DNA of 64,000 nt from Candidatus Saccharicenans sp. (GCA_030018265.1 JASEFX010000001.1:53532-117531), one strand, 5' to 3'. Positions 18,049 to 28,612 are shown, counted from the stretch's first letter. A program made the numbers and translations. The notes: generated from the letters alone by a model not told the origin.

Positions 18049-18831
18049 ATGCTTGAAGCGGAAAAAATAAAAAATATAGAGTTCATAAGAAAAGATATCA
18101 TCGACCGCCTCCTGCAGCTTTCCAGCCCCGAGCTGGCAGAATCCATACAGAGATTCTTTCCCTATAAAATTTGCTGCTATGGAGTGAAAACTCCTGTTTT
18201 GAGACAGCTGGCGAAAGAAATTTACCTTAATCAGCTGAAATCCTGGAGTCTTCGCCAGATACTTGAATTAACCGAAGCGCTCCTGAAGTTGAGCGAACTG
18301 GAAAGCCGGCTGTGCGGCATTTTCCTGCTCTCGCAGTTCAGGTCTCAGCTAGGGAAAAGCCATCTGAACATTTTTAGAAGATGGCTGAAAAGCGGTTATC
18401 TCGACAACTGGGCGCTCATCGACACCTTTTCGCTTGAGGTGATACATCCGCTGGTTGAAAGAAACCCCGGAGCCATGAAAGAACTCGAACGCTGGTGCCG
18501 TGAGTCGAATTTCTTCCTGAGGAGAGCGGCCCTCGTCTCGGTTGTTAAAACCGCAGGAACAAAAAAATCAACACCCCGGATTTTCAGCATGGTAAAAAAA
18601 GCGCTCTCGCTGTCTCCTGCAGATGACCTGGTGGCGAAAGCTGCCGGCTGGTTGCTGCGGGAAGCCGGAAAAAACGATAGCACCCGACTGGAAAAATTCC
18701 TTTCTGAAAACGGACGGCGGCTGCCTGGCGTGACCGTCCGTTATGCGCTGGAAAAATTTCCCGAGGATAGAAAAAAATATTTCCTGGAAATAACCAAAAA
18801 TTTAAGGAGGCATCATGAAGAAAAGGATTAA
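18049..18831 (+). CDS. DNA alkylation repair protein (AlkD-like HEAT-repeat DNA glycosylase family)
   Basis: 260 aa, all-helical, with the spacing of conserved W/R residues seen in the DNA_alkylation family (RFFPYKI...GVKTP...LR..A...W). Confidence 0.5.
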   Translation: MLEAEKIKNIEFIRKDIIDRLLQLSSPELAESIQRFFPYKICCYGVKTPVLRQLAKEIYLNQLKSWSLRQILELTEALLKLSELESRLCGIFLLSQFRSQLGKSHLNIFRRWLKSGYLDNWALIDTFSLEVIHPLVERNPGAMKELERWCRESNFFLRRAALVSVVKTAGTKKSTPRIFSMVKKALSLSPADDLVAKAAGWLLREAGKNDSTRLEKFLSENGRRLPGVTVRYALEKFPEDRKKYFLEITKNLRRHHEEKD

Positions 18832-21800
18832 GGCTCAAAGACACTGGCGTTTTCCTGGAATTGTTATTCTGCTGATTCTCCTGCTCTCAGGTATCAGCCT
18901 CGGTCTCCAGCAGAATAAGGAAAGCGCCGGTAAAGCAGTTTTTTCGGATAAAATCCCGCTGACGGCGAAAGACCTGGAACTTTTTACATGGCGCCATATC
19001 GGCCCCTGGCCTTTCTCCGGGCGAATAACCAACATCGCGGTTCCTCCCGGACAGAGTCAGACTTATTATGTTCTTACTGCTTCCGGTGGTGTCTGGAAAA
19101 CAGTAGATGGCGGGACTCATTTTGAACCGATATTTGAAAAATACGGCAATCAGAGCATGGGTTACCTGGCGATCGCGCCTTCGAACCCTGATATACTGTA
19201 CCTGGGAACTGGTGAGCCGATACACAGCCGGATGGCTTTTCGTGGAAATGGTGTGTGGAAATCGACAGACGGCGGTAAAACCTGGATTCATGCCGGTCTC
19301 GAAAAAAGTTATTTCATCAACAAAATTGAAGTAGATTCAAAAAATCCGGACATAGTTTACGTGGCGGCTGAAGGAAAATTGTATGACGATACCGACCAGG
19401 ACTGTGAGCGCGGCCTTTACAAATCGACTGACGGCGGCAAGACCTGGACCAGGGTTCTCGACCTCAAGGACAGGGTGGTGGGCGATTTTGTCATGGACCC
19501 GACGAATTCTGACGTGGTGATTGCCGCCGCTTACAAGATTTACAGAAGAACCTGGACCTTTCTCGACCGGCAGCCGGGAAATCATCTCTGGAAGACAACC
19601 GATGGAGGCAAGACCTGGAAAAAATTAACAAACGGTCTTCCTGACCTTGACCGTCTTAAGACCGGCAGAAACGGTCTGGCCATTTTCCCGAAGAATCCCA
19701 GAATTGTCTATCTCCGCCTGGACGAAGAAGTTAACCTCGGGCTGAGCGAAAGAGAAGGGGCAGCGCTTTACAACCAGAGAGCTCTCTTTCGTGACGGCTT
19801 TTATCTAAACAGATTTAAGGAATACAGGATAAAACCTGAATTACTCAAACACGTCAAATTCGAACATATCAGAGCGGATAAAGTCGAGGACCTGGTGAAC
19901 AAACTTAACGACCTGGTGCGAGACCCTGACCTGCTAAAAAAGTCAGCCGTCAACTGGAAACCTTTGCTGGCTGCCGCCAGAAAGACTTATTCCGGGGATG
20001 AGGTTGGACTTTCTGCTGTAGAAGAAACCGAAAAAATTCTGAAAAGAGCTGAGGAAGGGGAGAAGGATCTGCTGAAATTGAACCGTCTGGTGCTGACAGC
20101 GCTGCTGGCTGAATCCTCAGGGTTTGACCCTGTTAACTTCACCATCAGGGACCGGGCTCAGGTTTCGGTCAGCAAGAATTTCCTCGACAGCCTGACTTTT
20201 GACGAAAAGTACATCAGGAACGAAGCCTTTCTTATTGATAACCTTCAGAACATGGTGGCTGATGTGAATTTGCTGGTCAAGTTAAAAATTAATCCGGCCT
20301 CTGTTTTCAGCAGGGCGAAGAATGTTTATAAAGAAAGAAAGGATGTGCTGGATCTGTTAAAGGAAGGTGAGAATCTGGCCCGGGATTATGATCAGATAAA
20401 AGGACGCTACCAGACCCTGAACCGCTGCCTTCTGGATATCCTTTACGCCGAAGCCCTGGGGGTGATGCAGCCGGTGAAAAAGTCCGGTGTTATATATCGT
20501 TCTGAAGACCAGGGAGAGACCTGGAAAAGAATGACTGAGTACCGGATGGTGGGCGGAAGCGAAGTGGTTAACCAGGTGGAAGCCGGATACTACGGCCGGT
20601 TAACCGTGGACCCGAATGACGACAAGGTGCTGATAGCTCCTGAGACCAGGACGATCATTTCGCGCGATGCCGGCCGGACGTTCCAGTTTGCCAACTGGGA
20701 AGGCTTCAAAAAATGCCATGTTGATTCCAGGGCGGTCTGGATAGATCCGCTCAATTCCAAACACATACTAAACGCCAACGACGGCGGTTTGAGCGAGAGC
20801 TGGGATGGAGGGCAGCACTGGTCGCAGAAGGAAACGATCCCGGCCCAGCAGTTCTACGACGTTTGGGTTGATAACGAATTACCGTATAACGTTATGGGTG
20901 GAACGCAGGATAACGGCTGCTGGTTCGGCCCGTCCCGTACCCGGAATCCTAACGGAGTTTACCCGGCTGACTGGCTATATCTACCGTCCGGAGACGGTTT
21001 TTACGTCGTTCGCGACTGGTGGAACCCGGAATTCATTTACTGGGAAAGCCAGTTCGGCGCCTCCCGGCGGATGAATTTCAAGACGGGAGAAACCATTTCT
21101 CTGGCTCCGAGGTACACTCCGGAGGAAGAAGCTGCAGGAGCCCCACCGTTGCGTTTTCAGTGGAACGCGCCCATTTATCTTTCACCGCACAATCCGGGAA
21201 TTGTTTTCGTCTGTTCACAGTTTGTTCACCGCTCACTGAGCCACGGCGACCCCGGCACCTGGGAAATAATCTCGCCCGACCTCAGCAAACAGGATAAGGA
21301 AAGGATTAATCTTTCCAAAAAGACAAACCTTCAGTATGCCACCATCTATACTTTTGCCGAGTCCCCGAAAAAGCCCGGGATTTACTGGGCCGGAACCGAT
21401 GACGGCAATCTGCAGCTGAGCACGAATTTCGGTAATACCTGGACGAACATCACTGCCAGTTTCTACGATTCTAAAGGAAAACCAAAACCGGGCATAAAGG
21501 GAGCGCTGATTCCTTATGACCGCTGGGTGGTCAGAGTCCTGCCGAGTCAGCATGATGCGAACACCTGTTACGTGGTTTATTCTGGCTACCGCACCCACAA
21601 TGAAGATAAAACTTATGTTTACGTCACCAGAGACCTTGGGAAAACCTGGGAAGACATTTCCGCCGGCATGAACAACCCGGCCAATGATATCGAAGAAGAC
21701 CCGCACAACCCGAATATTCTGTATTTAGCCACAGATTATGGAATCTATGTGACTTTCAACCAGGGCAAAAACTGGATGCGACTGACCGGTCCTCAGGTTC

Positions 21801-22324
21801 CGGATGTGATCATCCACGACCTGGCCATTCAGAAAAGAGACCGTGACCTGGTGGTGGCCACCTACGGGCGTGGCATCTACATCATAGACATCTATCCTTT
21901 CAAAGAATTTACCGAAGAGAACCTGAAGCAGGATGCCTATCTGTTTGAGGTTCAGGAAGGAATTCTCTGGCAGATGAATGACCGACGGGGCCAGTCTTAC
22001 GGTGAATTTGCCAGCGCTCCGAACCCTCCGGTCGGAGTGAACATCTATTATTATTTGAAAAACCAGGCTTCGAAAGTATCTCTGGTGGTCAGGGATTTTG
22101 ACGGCGCTGTCGTTCAGGAAATTAACGGCCCGGTCTCGGCCGGAGTTCAGAGAGTATTCTGGGGTTTAAACCGCCGGGCGGAACAACCGGCCGGACAGTT
22201 TGGATTTGGCCGTTTCGGGCCAAGAATGGTCGACCCCGGGCTGTATAAGGTCATCCTGATGGTAGATGGCAAAGAGGTAATGAGCCGGACGGTCAGGGTG
22301 AGTCCGGATCCGCTGTATAAATAA
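18815..22324 (+). CDS. BNR/Asp-box repeat protein (sortilin/Vps10-like, GH74-like beta-propeller fold), about 1170 aa, secreted
   Basis: AAGGAGG RBS and a signal/TM segment. At least ten S/T-x-D-x-G-x-T-W Asp-boxes are present (TVDGGTHF, STDGGKTW twice, TTDGGKTW, SEDQGETW, SWDGGQHW, STNFGNTW, TRDLGKTW, and others). A helical, charged insert of about 230 aa separates the repeat blocks. The first 17 nt overlap the upstream AlkD-like gene. Confidence 0.6.
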   Translation: MKKRIKAQRHWRFPGIVILLILLLSGISLGLQQNKESAGKAVFSDKIPLTAKDLELFTWRHIGPWPFSGRITNIAVPPGQSQTYYVLTASGGVWKTVDGGTHFEPIFEKYGNQSMGYLAIAPSNPDILYLGTGEPIHSRMAFRGNGVWKSTDGGKTWIHAGLEKSYFINKIEVDSKNPDIVYVAAEGKLYDDTDQDCERGLYKSTDGGKTWTRVLDLKDRVVGDFVMDPTNSDVVIAAAYKIYRRTWTFLDRQPGNHLWKTTDGGKTWKKLTNGLPDLDRLKTGRNGLAIFPKNPRIVYLRLDEEVNLGLSEREGAALYNQRALFRDGFYLNRFKEYRIKPELLKHVKFEHIRADKVEDLVNKLNDLVRDPDLLKKSAVNWKPLLAAARKTYSGDEVGLSAVEETEKILKRAEEGEKDLLKLNRLVLTALLAESSGFDPVNFTIRDRAQVSVSKNFLDSLTFDEKYIRNEAFLIDNLQNMVADVNLLVKLKINPASVFSRAKNVYKERKDVLDLLKEGENLARDYDQIKGRYQTLNRCLLDILYAEALGVMQPVKKSGVIYRSEDQGETWKRMTEYRMVGGSEVVNQVEAGYYGRLTVDPNDDKVLIAPETRTIISRDAGRTFQFANWEGFKKCHVDSRAVWIDPLNSKHILNANDGGLSESWDGGQHWSQKETIPAQQFYDVWVDNELPYNVMGGTQDNGCWFGPSRTRNPNGVYPADWLYLPSGDGFYVVRDWWNPEFIYWESQFGASRRMNFKTGETISLAPRYTPEEEAAGAPPLRFQWNAPIYLSPHNPGIVFVCSQFVHRSLSHGDPGTWEIISPDLSKQDKERINLSKKTNLQYATIYTFAESPKKPGIYWAGTDDGNLQLSTNFGNTWTNITASFYDSKGKPKPGIKGALIPYDRWVVRVLPSQHDANTCYVVYSGYRTHNEDKTYVYVTRDLGKTWEDISAGMNNPANDIEEDPHNPNILYLATDYGIYVTFNQGKNWMRLTGPQVPDVIIHDLAIQKRDRDLVVATYGRGIYIIDIYPFKEFTEENLKQDAYLFEVQEGILWQMNDRRGQSYGEFASAPNPPVGVNIYYYLKNQASKVSLVVRDFDGAVVQEINGPVSAGVQRVFWGLNRRAEQPAGQFGFGRFGPRMVDPGLYKVILMVDGKEVMSRTVRVSPDPLYK

Positions 22325-22348
22325 CCGATTTCTGGTTAAACCCGCTCT

Positions 22349-22391
22349 GGCGGCGGGCGGGAAACTGGCGCCCGCTGCCGGAGTTGTTTTT
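22349..22391 (+). terminator. Putative intrinsic terminator after the BNR-repeat gene
   Basis: GC-rich imperfect hairpin (cggcgggcggg aaactg gcgcccgctgccg) followed by GAGTTGTTTTT. Confidence 0.35.
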
Positions 22392-22414
22392 AAAGACTTT
22401 CAGGGAGATGAAAT

Positions 22415-24541
22415 ATGAGAAGTTCTGCCGTCAGAGTTTCCGCAATTTTTAATTCAAAAAAATTTTTTGTGCTTTTAATGTCCCTCATTCTTTTTTCTGC
22501 AGCCTTCGCTCAATTGAGCGGAGCGACCGAGGTGAATAAGGCTGGAACTGATTTTCTGGCGCTGATGCCCTGGCCGGCGAGCGTTCAGCTGGAAGCCGGC
22601 AAATTCAGGATCACTGAAAAATTCCAGGCTGGAGGTGAGGCCCAGCCGGGAAGCCGGGTATTCAAAGCTGTTTCCAGATTTATGTCGAGGCTGGCCGGAA
22701 GAACCGGTCTTTTTCTCGAACAGGATTATCTGGCTGACCAGAGTCTGAAACCGGAAACCCGGCTGGTTTATAAGTACCAGCGCACGGGACAGCTGGTTCC
22801 AGGAGAAGACGAGTCCTATACCTTGAGCGTTAAAGCCGAGCGGATAGAGTTGAGCGCCGCTACCGACCTGGGAATTCTAAGAGGGCTGGAAACATTATTG
22901 CAACTGCTTTCAATTGATGATCAGGGTTATTATTTCCCGTGCTGTTTGATAAAAGATAAACCGAGATTCACCTGGCGCGGTCTCCTCATAGATTCCTGTC
23001 GCCATTTTATGCCGCTTGAAGTTATTAAAAGAAACCTGCTGGCGATGGCTGCCGTTAAACTGAACGTTCTCCACTGGCATCTGAGCGAAGACCAGGGTTT
23101 CAGGGTTGAATGCAAAACTTTCCCGAGACTTCATCAGCTCGGTTCAGACGGAATGTATTACACGCAGGAGCAGATTAGAGATATCATCAATTTTGCCTCG
23201 GACCTGGGCATCAGGGTGATGCCGGAGTTCGACATTCCAGGCCATTCCACCAGCTGGTTCGTCGGTTACCCGGAGTACGCCAGCTCTCCGGGTCCCTACC
23301 GGATTGAAAGGGGATTCGGAGTTTTTCATCCGGTTTTTAACCCGGCTAACCCCGCCGTTTACAGATTTTTTGACAGATTCTTCCGGGAGATGGCCGCGCT
23401 GTTTCCTGATCCTTACATGCATATCGGCGGCGACGAGGTGGAAGGAACTCACTGGAAAGAAAATCCCGGGATCAAGGCTTTCATGAAGAAGCATAACCTG
23501 CCCGACAACCATGCGCTTCAGGCATACTTCAATAAAGAGATCCTGAAAATTCTTACCAAGTACAACAAAAAGATGGTCGGCTGGGACGAAATTTACCAGC
23601 CCGGACTGCCGAAGGATATTGTAATTCAATCCTGGAGGGGCACGCAGGCACTGGTGGACGGAGCCCGGAAAGGTTATCAGGGAATTTTGTCCAGCGGATA
23701 CTATATCGATCTCTGTGAGTCAGCCGAAAGACATTATCTGAATGACCCGATTCCTTCTGATTCTCCGCTTACAGAAGAGGAAAAGAAGCTTATTCTTGGA
23801 GGCGAAGCCACCATGTGGGCGGAACTGGTTACACACGAGACTGTTGATTCGAGAATCTGGCCGCGGACGGCGGCAATTGCCGAAAGGCTCTGGTCGCCAC
23901 AGGAAATAGCCGATGTGGATGATATGTACCGGCGGCTGGAAACGATTTCTGTTCAGCTGGAGGAACTCGGGGTGCAGCATCTTCGCAATCAAAGGATGAT
24001 GCTCAGACGGCTGATTAATGCGGTAAATTACAGTCAGGAGGAATTCGAGTCGCTTCTAAAGCTGGCCACCATCAGCGAACCGGTCAAGGGCTATGCCAGG
24101 CACAGTCTGGGGAAGAAGTATAGCTCACTTTCCCCGCTTACCCGTTTTGTGGATTGCTGTTTTCCTGAATCCCTGGAGGGAAGGAAATTCTGCAAGCTGG
24201 TTGAGAATTACCTGAATTCCGCCCGTAAGGAAAACTTGAAGGAAATTAAAAATTATTTAGAGAGTTACAAAAAAATCATCTCTCCCGCTGTGAGCCTGTC
24301 CGGTAGAGTGCCGGCCCTCAAAGAGATAGTTCCGCTTGCCGATAACTTAAGAGAGACGGTCCTGATTATGGAGAAAGCGCTTGAGTTTTTTGAAAAGGGC
24401 CACAGACCGGAAGCCGAATGGGTAAAATTCAACCAGCAGAGGCTTAAAGAAGCTAAAAAGCCACAGGGTGAATGTCTGCTGTCCATAATTCCTGCGGCCG
24501 GAAAATTGCTGGAAGCTCTTGAGAAAAACCATGGTAAATAG
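22415..24541 (+). CDS. Beta-N-acetylhexosaminidase, GH20
   Basis: Signal peptide. The GH20 catalytic region includes HWHLSEDQGFR and HIGGDEV (the D-E pair). A helical C-terminal extension follows. AGGGAG RBS is present. Confidence 0.7.
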   Translation: MRSSAVRVSAIFNSKKFFVLLMSLILFSAAFAQLSGATEVNKAGTDFLALMPWPASVQLEAGKFRITEKFQAGGEAQPGSRVFKAVSRFMSRLAGRTGLFLEQDYLADQSLKPETRLVYKYQRTGQLVPGEDESYTLSVKAERIELSAATDLGILRGLETLLQLLSIDDQGYYFPCCLIKDKPRFTWRGLLIDSCRHFMPLEVIKRNLLAMAAVKLNVLHWHLSEDQGFRVECKTFPRLHQLGSDGMYYTQEQIRDIINFASDLGIRVMPEFDIPGHSTSWFVGYPEYASSPGPYRIERGFGVFHPVFNPANPAVYRFFDRFFREMAALFPDPYMHIGGDEVEGTHWKENPGIKAFMKKHNLPDNHALQAYFNKEILKILTKYNKKMVGWDEIYQPGLPKDIVIQSWRGTQALVDGARKGYQGILSSGYYIDLCESAERHYLNDPIPSDSPLTEEEKKLILGGEATMWAELVTHETVDSRIWPRTAAIAERLWSPQEIADVDDMYRRLETISVQLEELGVQHLRNQRMMLRRLINAVNYSQEEFESLLKLATISEPVKGYARHSLGKKYSSLSPLTRFVDCCFPESLEGRKFCKLVENYLNSARKENLKEIKNYLESYKKIISPAVSLSGRVPALKEIVPLADNLRETVLIMEKALEFFEKGHRPEAEWVKFNQQRLKEAKKPQGECLLSIIPAAGKLLEALEKNHGK

Positions 24542-24612
24542 AGACTCACCCGCTGCCGGTTTTAATCTTATTTAACATTCCGTTGCTTAAAGGTAGTGGC
24601 AGAGATAATTTA

Positions 24613-25674
24613 ATGCTGAAAAAAGAAATAGATAAAATTTTATCCTGTCTTCTGTTGCTGTTTTTTTCTCTTTTACTGGCTTCGTCTGCCGGGGCCAGCG
24701 AGATAACGATTAAAGACAATCTCGGACGCCGCGTGAAGATTCCTGAGAAAGTTGAAAGGATTGTCTGTCTGCAGCCGGAACTCCTGCGGATTCTGGCTGC
24801 CCTGAACAGTCAGCACCGGGTGGTGGCGGTTGACAGGTTTCCGTCTCGCTATGACCACCTGATGCGAATCATATTCCCGGATGTGGAAAAACTCCCGGTG
24901 GTGTCGATAACTGGCGAGGATGTAAACATCGAGCGTATTATCCAGCTCGAACCAGACCTGGTGCTGGTTTCTCCTTCAGAGCTTAATCTTGCAACTCAGC
25001 TGACGCGGAAATTGAAATGTCCGGTGGTGAGCCTGAGCTCGATGGGAAGTATTGAACGTCTGCTGGAGGAGATTGAAATCCTGGCCGCCATAACCGGAAA
25101 CCAGAAGCGAGGGAAAGAAATCGTTCGGTTCATGAAGGAGGAAATTAATATGGTCAGGCAGAAGAGCGCTTCTTACGGACGTAAGCCGCGCGTTTATCTC
25201 AGTTTCTGGGGTTCTATTTTAAGGTCTCCTTTCAGTTATGACCCGGTGGACCTGGCCGGTGGAATAAACCTGGCAGGCCAATTCAAGAGTGTTCACCAGG
25301 GTTCCGACACGGTTGTTCTGAAACTAGAAACTCTTCTCGGTATGGATCCTGATATTATTCTGGTGCAGGGAAACTATCCGCCCGAAGAAAGGCAAGTTAG
25401 CGTGGAAAGCGTTCTTACGGATGCCAGGCTTCAATCTTTAAAAGCCGTAAAAGAGAGAAAAGTTCATTACACCTTCGGTTTCTGGTACTGGTGGGACCCG
25501 GCGCTGGTTCTGGTGGAAAGCCATTATCTGGCAGAACTTTTTCAGAAAGGTCAGGTTGAAGGAAATTCTATTATTTCGCTGGGTGAAAGAATTTTTTATT
25601 TTTTCTATGGTCGTCCCGGCCTGTTCGAGAAGCTGTGTGCTAAAATAAAGGCTTATGAGTGGTTTCAGAATTAG
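24613..25674 (+). CDS. ABC transporter substrate-binding protein, iron-siderophore/cobalamin (BtuF/FepB-like) class
   Basis: Signal peptide with ATG at 24613; the ORF track extends to a TTG at 24583. The class-III periplasmic binding protein layout and the operon with FecCD permease and ATPase genes support the call. Confidence 0.5.
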   Translation: MLKKEIDKILSCLLLLFFSLLLASSAGASEITIKDNLGRRVKIPEKVERIVCLQPELLRILAALNSQHRVVAVDRFPSRYDHLMRIIFPDVEKLPVVSITGEDVNIERIIQLEPDLVLVSPSELNLATQLTRKLKCPVVSLSSMGSIERLLEEIEILAAITGNQKRGKEIVRFMKEEINMVRQKSASYGRKPRVYLSFWGSILRSPFSYDPVDLAGGINLAGQFKSVHQGSDTVVLKLETLLGMDPDIILVQGNYPPEERQVSVESVLTDARLQSLKAVKERKVHYTFGFWYWWDPALVLVESHYLAELFQKGQVEGNSIISLGERIFYFFYGRPGLFEKLCAKIKAYEWFQN

Positions 25675-26680
25675 CCACAGAAAAAAACGCTGTTTGTATC
25701 TGGCGGCTGCTTTTTTCCCTTTGATCCTGTTTCTGATTTCTCTGAGTCTGGGAACAGTCAGCGTTACGCCGGGCCAGGTATTAAAAGTTTTTATTTCTAA
25801 AATAAGCGGTTCGAATCTGGAGGCTCTTCCGGAAAACATAACCAGCATTGTCTGGAATATCAGACTGCCGAGGCTTCTTTTAGCCCTTCTGACAGGTGCG
25901 GCCTTCTCTGTTTCCGGAGCTTCGTTACAGTCAATCTTCAGAAATCCACTGGTTAACGAATATGTTCTTGGGGTCTCTTTCGGGTCGGGTTTCGGCGCGG
26001 CTGTTTCCCTGGTGCTGCTCGGCCGCCATTTCCCGCCCCAGATTCTGGCTTTCGGATGCGGACTGCTGGCCGTTTTTCTCGTGCTGATGCTGGCTGAGGG
26101 CGCCAGGAATACGCCCCTTTCGGTACTCCTGACCGGCATTGTGGTTTCGGCTTTTTTTCAGGCTTTGCTTTCAGCCGTGGAGTTTGTGGCCAGCCCTTAC
26201 GCTCTGCAGGCGCTTTTTTTCTGGTTGCTGGGGAGCTTCTCCCAGGTCACCTGGGCCGACCTTTTCTGGTCAGCTCCTCTGGTCATCGCCGGATTGTTTT
26301 TAATGATAAAAATGAGCTGGAGGGTTAACGTCCTCAGTCTGAACGAAGACGAAGCCCGGGCAATCGGCCTCTCCGTAAAAAGAGAGAGAATTCTGATCAT
26401 CTGTCTGGCCACCCTGATTACTTCTGCGGTGGTTTCTGTGGCCGGAATAATCGGCTGGGTTGGTCTTATCGTTCCCCATGCGGTCAGAGGGCTGGCCGGA
26501 GCAGATAACAGGCTGGTTATGCCCCTTTCTGCCGGTTTCGGAGCAGGTCTGATGATTCTGGCTGATGATCTGATCAGAGTTTTTTCCCCGTATGAGCTTC
26601 CTGTGGGAATAATCACCAGCCTGGTGGGCATTCCATTCTTTCTCTATCTTATTAAAAGAACTCCACACAGCTGGAGTTAA
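25655..26680 (+). CDS. FecCD-family ABC permease (BtuC/FepD-like)
   Basis: 341 aa with about 9-10 TM segments and a typical FecCD C-terminal region. It overlaps the substrate-binding protein gene by 20 nt. Confidence 0.6.
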   Translation: MSGFRISHRKKRCLYLAAAFFPLILFLISLSLGTVSVTPGQVLKVFISKISGSNLEALPENITSIVWNIRLPRLLLALLTGAAFSVSGASLQSIFRNPLVNEYVLGVSFGSGFGAAVSLVLLGRHFPPQILAFGCGLLAVFLVLMLAEGARNTPLSVLLTGIVVSAFFQALLSAVEFVASPYALQALFFWLLGSFSQVTWADLFWSAPLVIAGLFLMIKMSWRVNVLSLNEDEARAIGLSVKRERILIICLATLITSAVVSVAGIIGWVGLIVPHAVRGLAGADNRLVMPLSAGFGAGLMILADDLIRVFSPYELPVGIITSLVGIPFFLYLIKRTPHSWS

Positions 26681-26682
26681 AG

Positions 26683-27441
26683 GTGGAAGTCAGAGTTTCT
26701 GGACTCAGGGTCGGTTACGAAAATTTTCAGCTTCAGGTTGATCAGCTTTATTTCCAGGAGAAACGGATTTCGGTCATAATCGGTCCGAACGGGGCCGGAA
26801 AGTCGACTTTTCTTAAAGCTCTTACCGGCCTGATCAAAAGCCCGCGCGGAACTGTCTTCATCGATGGTTATGACCTGGCCGGACTCAGCTCCCGGGAAAG
26901 AGCGGCGCTTGTAAGTTATGTTCCGCAGGAACACAGCGCTGCGCTGAATTTCCAGGTTTTCGATTTTATCCTGATGGGCAGAAGCGGGCACCTGCACCTT
27001 TTTTCCTCGCCATCCAGAGATGATTACCGGAAGGTGGAAGAAATAATTGCTTACCTGGGAATCGAAAAGCTGGCTTCGAGGAAGTATATGGAGCTCAGCA
27101 GCGGCGAAAGACGGATAGTGCTGATGGCCAGAGCTCTGGCTCAGGATTCCAGAATCATCATACTCGATGAGCCGACCACTTTTCTCGACCTGAAACACGA
27201 AATGGAAATAGTGGAGTTTCTTAAGAAACTTTCAACCGAACGACAGCAGACCATTATCTGTTCGCTCCACAGCCTGGACCTGGTTCCGAGACTGGCTGAT
27301 TTCTTAGTGATGATAAAAAGCGGGAGGGTGCTGGCTGCCGGAGAAATGCCCGATGTCTTCCGGACAGAGCTTCTGGCCGAGCTTTACGATTATCCTCTTC
27401 AGGTGATAGAAACTGAAGGGCGGAAGATTATTCTAAGATAA
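26683..27441 (+). CDS. ABC transporter ATP-binding protein (FecE/BtuD-like)
   Basis: Walker A GPNGAGKST, signature LSSGERR, and Walker B IIILDEPT. Confidence 0.7.
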   Translation: MEVRVSGLRVGYENFQLQVDQLYFQEKRISVIIGPNGAGKSTFLKALTGLIKSPRGTVFIDGYDLAGLSSRERAALVSYVPQEHSAALNFQVFDFILMGRSGHLHLFSSPSRDDYRKVEEIIAYLGIEKLASRKYMELSSGERRIVLMARALAQDSRIIILDEPTTFLDLKHEMEIVEFLKKLSTERQQTIICSLHSLDLVPRLADFLVMIKSGRVLAAGEMPDVFRTELLAELYDYPLQVIETEGRKIILR

Positions 27442-27454
27442 ACAGAGATCTTTT

Positions 27455-28612
27455 TTACTTCAGTTTTTCTTCGCTGACAAAATTTCTGTATGGCGAAAGA
27501 TAGGAGAGAATTTCCTCATCGTCCGGGCCGGGCTGACCGGCAACCAGTCTGGTCAGCAGTTCGGCCACTCCGGGACCCAGCATAAAACCCTGACCGCACA
27601 TGCCAACTGCCAGCAGGAAGCCTTCAACTTCTTTTGACCAGCCGACGATCGGGAAACCGTCAGGTGTCATCGGGTAAAGTCCGCGCCAGGTTCTCCGGAC
27701 TCTGATGTTCTGCAGCCTGGGCATCAGCTCAATCATCCGGCGCGAGACCATCGGCAGGAATTCGCTCGTTTCCCTTTCGTCGAATCCCCAGATGCTCGGG
27801 TTCGGAGTGATGCAGAAAATTATCTGGCCGGTGGCATGCTGATAAAAATAATAATTGGCGGACCCTTTTACCGGACGTAGATCGACGATCATCGGGTCAA
27901 AAAATCTTTTCACCGGCTCGGTGACCGCGGCTTCATGAGAGTCCGGTTTTACCGGAATCTCCATGCCGGCCATTCTGGCAATTTCAGCTGCCCAGGCACC
28001 GGCGGCATTGATGACCACGGGAGCTGCGTAACGGCCGGTTTCAGTGACAACTCCGCTGATTTTTCCACCTTCTGTAACCAGCTCCCGGACATTTTCTCTG
28101 AATCTGAACTCTGCTCCGGCTCTCAGCGCATGGCGGTAAAATGCCTCCACCGCCAGCAGCGGTGAAGCATGTCCGTCTTCCGGAGAATAGGTGCCGCCAC
28201 GAAGGCCGCGAGGATTCAAATCGGGGAGGAGCTTCCTCAGCTCGTCAGCCTCCAGCCAGTCTATCTTCAACCCGTATTTTTTCTGAACGGGAAGAACGCT
28301 TTTCAGAGTTTTCTCTTCTTCTTCCCGGTAAGCGACAAAACAATAGCCGCCCTGCAGCCACTCGATATCGTCTCCGTAGGTTTCTTTCCAGGTGGAAAAA
28401 ATTTTCAGACTTCTCAGTCCGAGTCTGATCTTTGCCGGGTCTGAATGGGTGGCCCTGAGCCCGCCGATAGCTCGTTTGTTTGAGCTCTGTCCGGGACTCG
28501 GATTTCTGTCAATCACCAGAACCTTAAATCCTTTCTGCGCCAGAAAAAGAGCGGTCGGAGTTCCGACGCTCCCGGCTCCGATGACAATCACGTCGTACTC
28601 AGCGCGGCTCAT
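27455..28612 (-). CDS. FAD-dependent oxidoreductase, sarcosine-oxidase-beta/HcnC/OoxB-like subunit
   Basis: Start at MSRAEYDVIVIGAGSVGTPTA, an FAD-binding GxGxxG motif. DadA/SoxB-like overall. Translationally coupled, by overlap, with the upstream alpha-like gene. Confidence 0.6.
   Translation of the reverse strand: MSRAEYDVIVIGAGSVGTPTALFLAQKGFKVLVIDRNPSPGQSSNKRAIGGLRATHSDPAKIRLGLRSLKIFSTWKETYGDDIEWLQGGYCFVAYREEEEKTLKSVLPVQKKYGLKIDWLEADELRKLLPDLNPRGLRGGTYSPEDGHASPLLAVEAFYRHALRAGAEFRFRENVRELVTEGGKISGVVTETGRYAAPVVINAAGAWAAEIARMAGMEIPVKPDSHEAAVTEPVKRFFDPMIVDLRPVKGSANYYFYQHATGQIIFCITPNPSIWGFDERETSEFLPMVSRRMIELMPRLQNIRVRRTWRGLYPMTPDGFPIVGWSKEVEGFLLAVGMCGQGFMLGPGVAELLTRLVAGQPGPDDEEILSYLSPYRNFVSEEKLK

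Noticed and set aside
25438-26631. Minus-strand ORFs (233, 144 and 122 aa) across the substrate-binding-protein/permease junction
   Set aside because: Antisense to well-supported ABC transporter genes, and no motifs.
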